Source: Candidatus Falkowbacteria bacterium (GTDB lineage Bacteria; Patescibacteriota; Patescibacteriia; UBA11705; JABHMO01). Taken from it: DNA of 64,000 nucleotides. The notes below the pieces were generated by a model. The model was not told the origin of the DNA. It made no database searches and worked only from the letters and a program-made list of their open reading frames with translations. The position numbers were made by a program, and so were the translations under genes. The stretch is taken from positions 128,532-192,531 of the forward strand of contig JABHAL010000015.1 of assembly GCA_018674305.1 (NCBI GenBank), given 5' to 3'. This document shows, piece by piece, positions 57,951-64,000 of this stretch; within the stretch, counting starts at the first letter, position 1; each line of letters opens with the position of its first letter.

Positions 57951-58250
57951 CACAGTAGCCCCCTATACCTTGTATAGGAACGTAGGGACAGTGATACAAA
58001 TACTGATTTCAGGACTGGTATTGTTTAGTAGAATGGTACAAACCTCGCCATCTATTGCGTCAATGTTAAAACTGAGAAGTAAAAACATGATGAGAATGGA
58101 GTTTAGGTCCACTTTGCAGGTTATTGCAACGTGCAAGTGACCAACAAGGATAGTATAAAACTCTTTTCTCATTAGTACGCTACTGTCTCTTGGGTTCAAA
58201 CCCGACACTTTATATATTCTTAGGAAATATATCGCGGTCGGGTTTTTTTT
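57951..58250 (+). ncRNA. Unassigned structured RNA (~300 nt including terminator)
   Basis: Lies between a perfect promoter and terminator AAACCCGAC/GTCGGGTTT-TTTT. Closing helix AGGGACAGTG/TACTGTCTCT encloses several hairpins. Confidence 0.6.
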
Positions 58251-58361
58251 ATTTTTTCCAATAAATTCGGAGAAAAAATCAACAAAAAAACCCAGCACCG
58301 TTTGGTACTGGGTAAGCGCCTCTCACGCGAGGCGGTTTGTGTTTGTTTGTTAATGAAAACT

Positions 58362-59297
58362 TCACTCCAGGGACACTACTTGCACATCAATACCCCACTG
58401 TTTGCAAAGTACTGTCAATGATGTTTCGTGAGCTTGACCAACAACAAATAACGCTTCTGTATAGCCATGCTTTCGCATCTGCTGTACAATGTGAGCCAAC
58501 ATTATTTGATCTCGCCAAACGAAATTCAAGTTCATAACTCCTGCAAGATAAACATTTCTGTTCAGACTCTCTTCTACGAACATGAACAAAGTTGGTATCA
58601 AAGTTCCCAAATAGTAATCTTCTACTCCGAAAATCTTTTGATCACTTTGTCCAATGTAGTCAAAATGCCAGGAGTGCAAACCGTTGGCCTTGTAATTTCC
58701 AAAAAATTCTTCTGGTCCAATCTTAGTTGCATTGGCCAATGCTTCCGGCTCCCACTTTGCTAGCTCTTGCAAAAAACTGGCCCAAGTCATTTCATCTACA
58801 GGGTCATTTTCCTTAAAAACAACCTCGGGTGAGCTTGTCCGAACATACTCAGAAATTAGAGCTTGTCGACGAAGAGACTCTTCTGTCTGCTTATGCTGTA
58901 ACACGGGGTGACTATCTAAAAGGATCGTGATCTTCAAAGTTGGACCTTTTTCCAACTCGGCAATTCCTTTTTTAATAATTTTCAGCTGTCGCTTGACATC
59001 CACTCGCCAAAAATACTCCAGAGCCTCTCTAATAGAGTTTTTCTCAGTATACATTCGCACTATGGGATACTGTCGTGCCAAGACCTCCGCAGGTAAAAGG
59101 CTCGCCAGTTCTTTTGCTTTTTGTTTAGCAAAAGTTGCTGACATATCAGGATCCGAAAAAAGTTCTTCCAATGTGTAATTCTTTTGTTCTTTTGACTCCG
59201 GTTTCTTTTTTGTAGAAGTCTCCTTTTCCCCACAAGAACATACTATTAACATCAAAGAACACACAATGACATTTCGGCAATTCAACATCTTTCTCAT
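58362..59297 (-). CDS. Hypothetical lipoprotein
   Basis: Lipobox-like VCSC and GAGGAG SD. Confidence 0.72.
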   Translation of the reverse strand: MRKMLNCRNVIVCSLMLIVCSCGEKETSTKKKPESKEQKNYTLEELFSDPDMSATFAKQKAKELASLLPAEVLARQYPIVRMYTEKNSIREALEYFWRVDVKRQLKIIKKGIAELEKGPTLKITILLDSHPVLQHKQTEESLRRQALISEYVRTSSPEVVFKENDPVDEMTWASFLQELAKWEPEALANATKIGPEEFFGNYKANGLHSWHFDYIGQSDQKIFGVEDYYLGTLIPTLFMFVEESLNRNVYLAGVMNLNFVWRDQIMLAHIVQQMRKHGYTEALFVVGQAHETSLTVLCKQWGIDVQVVSLE

Positions 59298-59470
59298 ATC
59301 AGTCTCCTCTATTGCAAATTATCAATTTGATCGTATCTAAATCGAACTCTTTATTCTAGCATTTATTGTAAATTTTGTCAATTGTGAAATGTCGAGTAAG
59401 TATAATGTATTATGGAGAAACAAAAAATGCCCGTCCAACAGGCATTCACATTTGAACATACTTTTTAATT

Positions 59471-60007
59471 TTAATTTGATATCGCTGTATTCAGTTTATC
59501 CAAAATTTCTAGGGCAATTAATTCTGGCTCTTTGCACGAATAAATTTTAATATCACCAAATTGTTGGTATTCTCGAAATCGTTTTCGAAATTTTTCGCGC
59601 TCTCTATCCTCTTTCAATCCGAAACCGCGCTTGAGCTGTCTTTTGATTACTATCTCCGTACTCTCCTCCAAGGACTCTGACGGTAATAGAAGCACTGTAA
59701 TTCCTGCTTTTTCTAAAGTCTGCTGATTTTTTAAGGTTAGTTGGTCAAAACTATCGTGAACTAGGAATCCCGAGGAAAGAGCGAAAACAAAATTATCTTT
59801 CTTTTGATTAAGAATATTAAGAAAAAGGTCTGAGTTTCTTTGACAATATTCCTCATATCCCCTTGTATTAATGAACACACCAACATTTTCAATCTTTTCA
59901 CAAAACTCTCCATCTAAATCAATAAAATCATATCCAAGCTTTTGTGCAAGTATTTTGCCAACCGTTGATTTCCCAACTCCACCTGGACCAATAATGAATA
60001 TTTTCAT
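59471..60007 (-). CDS. Shikimate-kinase-like P-loop kinase
   Basis: IGPGGVGKST.G..LA..L...FIDLD. Confidence 0.8.
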   Translation of the reverse strand: MKIFIIGPGGVGKSTVGKILAQKLGYDFIDLDGEFCEKIENVGVFINTRGYEEYCQRNSDLFLNILNQKKDNFVFALSSGFLVHDSFDQLTLKNQQTLEKAGITVLLLPSESLEESTEIVIKRQLKRGFGLKEDREREKFRKRFREYQQFGDIKIYSCKEPELIALEILDKLNTAISN

Positions 60008-60070
60008 ATTAAAATATTGTATTATCCCTATAACTAGTGCTTCCGATATATTACAATTTAAAACTTTAAT

Positions 60071-61399
60071 CTAGAGTCGATTATCCTCATGAAACGCTCG
60101 AATCTGTTCATCCATAATAATAGTTCTGCGAGTCATGGGTCGCTTGAGAACCATCCCCTCAAGTGTTGTACAACGACTAAGCGCCACATAACTCTGCCCA
60201 TGCGCAAAAGTACCACGCCCAAAATCGATTATAACTTTTTCAAATGTCTTGCCCTGACTCTTGTGAACGGTAATCGCCCAAGCTAAACGGAGTGGAACCT
60301 GAATGTATTTACCAATCTGTTCACGCTCAAACTTCCCGCCATGAAAGACGTACTTGGAAATTTCCCATTCATGTCGCTTTACTTCTACAATTTTTTTATC
60401 TTCTTTCTCTACTCTAATAACAATCTCTTCTGCATCTTTCTCTGAATTATATTCCATTCTAATCTCTTTAATTTTACCAATCGTACCATTTACCCAGCGC
60501 CTTTCCTTGTCATTGCAAATAAACATCACCTGCGCGCCCTCACACAGAGTGATCGTAGTATCATTAGGGTATAAACTTTTAGGAACCTTGCCTGATTTCT
60601 CTGCAACAAAATCTAATTCTGACTGTCCTAGTTTTTTCATTTCTAATTCATTGATTGTTCTGGCTTCAGCATTCGTTGTAACTAAATAAATATACTTATC
60701 GCTTTTCGATGGACTAAAATCTCTTGAATAACGAGAATTTAATACTTGCAAATGATTATCTTCAACTCTGTTTTCCCGAACGGCATTTAATACTTCAATA
60801 AATTTCCGATCCTTTTGTCGATAAATTGTCTCCAGTTCAATGATTGGTAATTCAAAGTCGGCATCAAAAATATTTTTTTGACCACTGAATACATCGGACG
60901 CAAAAAAGTATGGTGAATCATATTCAGAAAAAAACTGTTCCCTGTCTGCCGTGGTTACCACTGGCGGTAATTGATAAAGATCTCCGAATAGGACCATCTG
61001 CACACCACCAAACGGATGCTCACTTCCTCTTGCCCGTCGAAGAACTATATCCATAGCATCAAATACATCAGCTCTGACCATTGAAACTTCATCCACGAAC
61101 ATTGTCTTTAGTCTGGCAAACTTTTTCCTTTTCCTGTCATCAATTTTCATTTTCCGCGCTTCATCCTTTTCATAACCAGGCTTGATACCGAAAAATGAAT
61201 GAATAGTCTCTCCGTTAACATTAATTGCGGAAATCCCAGTCGGTGCTAAAACTACGGACTTTTTCTTGTTATATAGCCGGATATGCTCAAGAAGTGTGGA
61301 TTTACCAGTTCCCGCCTTGCCTGTAACAAAAAAACTACGGTCAGAATTCTCCACCAAATCAATAACTTGTTTTGCTTTTGCACAAAATTTAATAGACAT
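60071..61399 (-). CDS. PIF1-family (SF1B) DNA helicase
   Basis: TGKAGTGKS, APTG.SA, DEVSM, GDLYQLPPV, LAWAITVHKSQG.T, YVALSR. Confidence 0.92.
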   Translation of the reverse strand: MSIKFCAKAKQVIDLVENSDRSFFVTGKAGTGKSTLLEHIRLYNKKKSVVLAPTGISAINVNGETIHSFFGIKPGYEKDEARKMKIDDRKRKKFARLKTMFVDEVSMVRADVFDAMDIVLRRARGSEHPFGGVQMVLFGDLYQLPPVVTTADREQFFSEYDSPYFFASDVFSGQKNIFDADFELPIIELETIYRQKDRKFIEVLNAVRENRVEDNHLQVLNSRYSRDFSPSKSDKYIYLVTTNAEARTINELEMKKLGQSELDFVAEKSGKVPKSLYPNDTTITLCEGAQVMFICNDKERRWVNGTIGKIKEIRMEYNSEKDAEEIVIRVEKEDKKIVEVKRHEWEISKYVFHGGKFEREQIGKYIQVPLRLAWAITVHKSQGKTFEKVIIDFGRGTFAHGQSYVALSRCTTLEGMVLKRPMTRRTIIMDEQIRAFHEDNRL

Positions 61400-61446
61400 G
61401 CCTACATTTTAGCAGAAAAAAGATAAAAGGTAAAAGTGGTAAGGTA

Positions 61447-61594
61447 AATTTTTCAATAAAATCATCCAGCCGCCTAGGGGTAAAAAACCCCGTGAACGGG
61501 GCTAGAATCTTTAGGCGTCCGCAGGCCCCTTTAGGGGCCTTTGTTGTAGATAGCCTGGCCGTTGCACGGCCAGGCAGCAAAGTGAATTTTTCAA
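61447..61594. repeat. GC-rich multi-hairpin element flanked by AATTTTTCAA direct repeats
   Basis: Palindromes CCCCGT-GA-ACGGGG, AGGCCCCT-TT-AGGGGCCT and GCCTGGCCGT-TGC-ACGGCCAGGC. Confidence 0.6.
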
Positions 61595-61625
61595 CAAAAA
61601 ACCCGATGCTGTAATAAACACCGGG

Positions 61626-62540
61626 TTACTTTTTCTGCTTGATAATAAATTGCCAAGCTAGACGGAGCGGGACACGCCAACCAGTCTTGCGTAACTGATA
61701 AGCTGACACCCATCTTTTGTTAACTATTTTGTAGCCAATTGAATTCAAAACTGCATTCATGTCAGAATAACGATCCACGCCCCAAAGCATGAAAATGTTA
61801 CCTGATTGAACACGATTCAGTCCGATATGTCCAATTTCATTGCGACTATTGATCACAATTTGCCAAAGCTTGCTACGTTTTTTGGAAAATCGAACATATA
61901 ACTCAAAGGCCATGGCCACCAGCACCAATTTGTTAAACAACTTGGTCAAAACCCATTTTGTTAAGTCCGACACCTGTTCTGGTTTTTTGAAATCAGGTAT
62001 CTGCTTGAAAAAATAGGATTTGGTAGCTGACACACGAGCTAAAAACTCAACTTCTGACATATCAACATTTTGCCATTCTTGACGATTTTTTCTGTACGGT
62101 AAACTGCGTGGCTGAGAAGCTAAGCCTATGACTTGCTTGATCCAACGTAGCCCAGCATAAACAGCTTGGAGCTGCCTTTTAGCTTCCCACTCAGCTGGCT
62201 GCAACTTCAACCGTTGCTCTTTGGTTAATGGCCTAATCTTGTCATGCAGGATTGAATAGCCACAGGTTTGATGAATCCTGACGAGCTTGTTTAGCTCGGC
62301 ATAATATTCTGGGTCTGCTAACGGAATCGTTGGCGCAAACATCAAAGTACGACCGTTTTTTTTGGCATGATAGGTTACGATCGGCAACTGGATATTTCCA
62401 TTACGACAACGTATATATTCTGTACCAAATCGATTAACCAACTTCATCGCCAACCAATAAAACGGGTACGTAACCAACATTAGCAACACCAGCAGGAACA
62501 GCAGTACAGACCGCCAGATTCTGCGTAGTATTTTTCTCAT
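61626..62540 (-). CDS. Hypothetical membrane-associated protein (weak TraB/GumN-like pattern)
   Basis: TM N-terminus; TI..ADP.YY..L, W.NVDM, RN and LWG motifs. Confidence 0.6.
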   Translation of the reverse strand: MRKILRRIWRSVLLFLLVLLMLVTYPFYWLAMKLVNRFGTEYIRCRNGNIQLPIVTYHAKKNGRTLMFAPTIPLADPEYYAELNKLVRIHQTCGYSILHDKIRPLTKEQRLKLQPAEWEAKRQLQAVYAGLRWIKQVIGLASQPRSLPYRKNRQEWQNVDMSEVEFLARVSATKSYFFKQIPDFKKPEQVSDLTKWVLTKLFNKLVLVAMAFELYVRFSKKRSKLWQIVINSRNEIGHIGLNRVQSGNIFMLWGVDRYSDMNAVLNSIGYKIVNKRWVSAYQLRKTGWRVPLRLAWQFIIKQKK

Positions 62541-62555
62541 GCGTTACCTCATTTT

Positions 62556-62801
62556 TTACCACAACATCTCACTGTTCAATTTACCGCCTAAAGGCCTTTC
62601 GTCGATTTGCCCACACTCAAGAGCTTCTTTGGATGCTTCTTGGCGTGTTAAAAACATGTTTTCATCATTAACAAACCCTTGCTCCCCAAGACTTACGGCT
62701 TTGCGAATGCGGGGAACCCTGATCATCTTTTCAAGAATTTTTATGTGCCTACGACCTGTGTAAACCTGACCTTCATGACGGATTGCTGCTTGTACAATCA
62801 T
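62556..62801 (-). CDS. Small conserved hypothetical protein (phage-type QGF..FLTR.EA..L.SE.LW family)
   Basis: Motif pattern, GGAGG SD and boxA-like GTTCTTTACAA. Confidence 0.65.
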   Translation of the reverse strand: MIVQAAIRHEGQVYTGRRHIKILEKMIRVPRIRKAVSLGEQGFVNDENMFLTRQEASKEALECGQIDERPLGGKLNSEMLW

Positions 62802-62960
62802 ACTGACCTCCATTGTAAAGAACAGTTTAGTTTAACATCTTAATTATAATTTGTCAACAACATCATAAAAAAAACCTGCCCTAGCATTTTGCTACGGCAA
62901 GCGGTTTCTGAATTACTTTGAATTCAGAAATTTTGCAAAGATAAACACAATAAAGATTGA

Positions 62961-63143
62961 CTACTGAAACAGTCTACGAAAGAACTTGAAAGGATGAAGA
63001 AAAAACTCCTTCATAATCGCCAAATCTTCTCTAGCAATTTCCTTTGCAGGATCCTTGCCTTGCGCTTTGAACTCATCGTAACGCCGGGCATAAATCTCAT
63101 CTTTCACTCTACTGTCAATTCCAAATGGTCCTCGTGTAAACAT
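62961..63143 (-). CDS. Small hypothetical protein
   Basis: AAGGAGG SD before MFTRG. Confidence 0.6.
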   Translation of the reverse strand: MFTRGPFGIDSRVKDEIYARRYDEFKAQGKDPAKEIAREDLAIMKEFFLHPFKFFRRLFQ

Positions 63144-63272
63144 AGTCACCTCCTTGTTTACCGTTAATCAACGGACTCGTAGGTAAATTATATCATAAAT
63201 AATATTGACAACAAAACTAATAAACTATAAGCTAAAATAATAATAATCGTTCATTTTACAACGGGAGACTCA

Positions 63273-64000
63273 ATGGAAAAGCAAACGACTCAACAAATCA
63301 GGAATAAATTCTCAGACTTTTGGGATGAACAAGGCTTTGCAAAAAGGACCAGCAATTCAATTGTTCCTCCTCCCAACTGGCAAGAATCGCTATTTATAAT
63401 GTCTGGGTTCATTAGACACTGGGAAACGGTTGCTACCACTGGATTTATGGCTCAACCAGAATATGTGTGCCAACCATGCATTAAGTTAGGGTTTAATTAT
63501 CTTGACTTGAATGACATGATGGCAAAAGATGGATTTTTTACATTTTTTGAACAACTTTCTTGCGCACAAGCAAATACTGGGCAAAAAGATATATTCAAAT
63601 TTGTTAAAAATGTTTGGCGATTTCTTACCCAAGAACTGAATTTACCTACTAACAAATTGCACATCAGCGTTCATCAAGATCAGTCGCTGATTTATCAAGC
63701 TTGGCTAGCGGCAGGAGTAGCAAAAGAACAAATAACTTTTCCAGATCAATTTGCCTTTCACTTAAACCTGGATTCTAGTAACATTCATGGTTTCTACAGT
63801 ACAATCTCATTTGATCGTGGCCAAGAACAATCTGGCTACTGCGGAAACTCTGGATGCAATATTAACTGTGATTGTGATCGATTCCTGGAACTTGGTGATA
63901 TCGGCTTAATCGCAATTGGCGATGTTGTGATAATTGACCATGGACTTGGACTAGAGCGAATAGCTTCAGCCTGCCTTGATCAAAAAAACACAAATAGCCT
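63273..64000 (+). CDS. Divergent alanyl-tRNA-synthetase catalytic-domain-like protein (runs off the window)
   Basis: My translation: IR..F.DF..., SIVP, LF..SG, QPCIK, TFFEQL, WRFLT..L.LP..KL, CDCDRFLE, IDHGLGLERI. Confidence 0.78.
   Translation, partial: MEKQTTQQIRNKFSDFWDEQGFAKRTSNSIVPPPNWQESLFIMSGFIRHWETVATTGFMAQPEYVCQPCIKLGFNYLDLNDMMAKDGFFTFFEQLSCAQANTGQKDIFKFVKNVWRFLTQELNLPTNKLHISVHQDQSLIYQAWLAAGVAKEQITFPDQFAFHLNLDSSNIHGFYSTISFDRGQEQSGYCGNSGCNINCDCDRFLELGDIGLIAIGDVVIIDHGLGLERIASACLDQKNTNS

Noticed and set aside
57934-58298. ORFs 57934..58140 (+) and 57963..58298 (-)
   Set aside because: The first starts inside the promoter, upstream of the TSS. The second starts inside a terminator hairpin. 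The region is better explained as structured RNA.
59471-60007. Assigning aroK and a shikimate pathway
   Set aside because: The P-loop kinase fold is clear, but the shikimate-binding GGG motif reads SSG and no aro genes are nearby.
61389-61580. 63-aa minus-strand ORF
   Set aside because: It runs through a cluster of palindromes from a TTG start and has no protein-like features.
161-62763. Numerous 60-250-aa ORFs antisense or out of frame to longer genes (e.g. 7076..7831, 39765..40187, 46827..47288)
   Set aside because: They are shadow ORFs fully overlapping well-supported genes, with no motifs or initiation signals.
1-64000. Alternative genetic code (TGA=Gly, as in Gracilibacteria) or a prophage
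   Set aside because: Conserved genes are full length in code 11 and several end in TGA. No terminase, capsid, portal or integrase genes are visible.

Overview
AT-rich bacterial chromosomal segment read with the standard genetic code, most genes on the minus strand. The short MetK, the lemA/htpX and FecR/CHASE2-cyclase pairs, the SD-less core genes and a tRNA-Asn with a group I intron at 35/36 point to a Patescibacteria/CPR (Parcubacteria-like) genome; this is inference, not a database result. Housekeeping-type genes (metK with a SAM-I riboswitch, TrmH-family methylase, htpX, lemA, SPFH, macro, NUDIX, PIF1-like helicase) alternate with many accessory genes. Main highlights: (1) an ~11 kb single-strand locus encoding a J-domain protein, a vWA protein, a LIM/DA1-like peptidase, microproteins and six tandem paralogous membrane proteins with variable C-termini, punctuated by repeated terminator + hairpin + boxA-like + SD cassettes; (2) a stand-alone ~345-nt pseudoknotted ncRNA with its own promoter and terminator that I cannot assign to a known class, plus a second ~300-nt structured RNA; (3) an unannotated 35-aa RiPP precursor ending HAQWLR, followed by an FxsB-like radical SAM/SPASM enzyme and a methyltransferase; (4) a 1513-aa Cys-rich surface protein with a MYXO-CTERM-like tail; (5) a degenerate FtsZ paralog, a repeat-flanked Panacea/PemK TA module and a decayed R-M locus.
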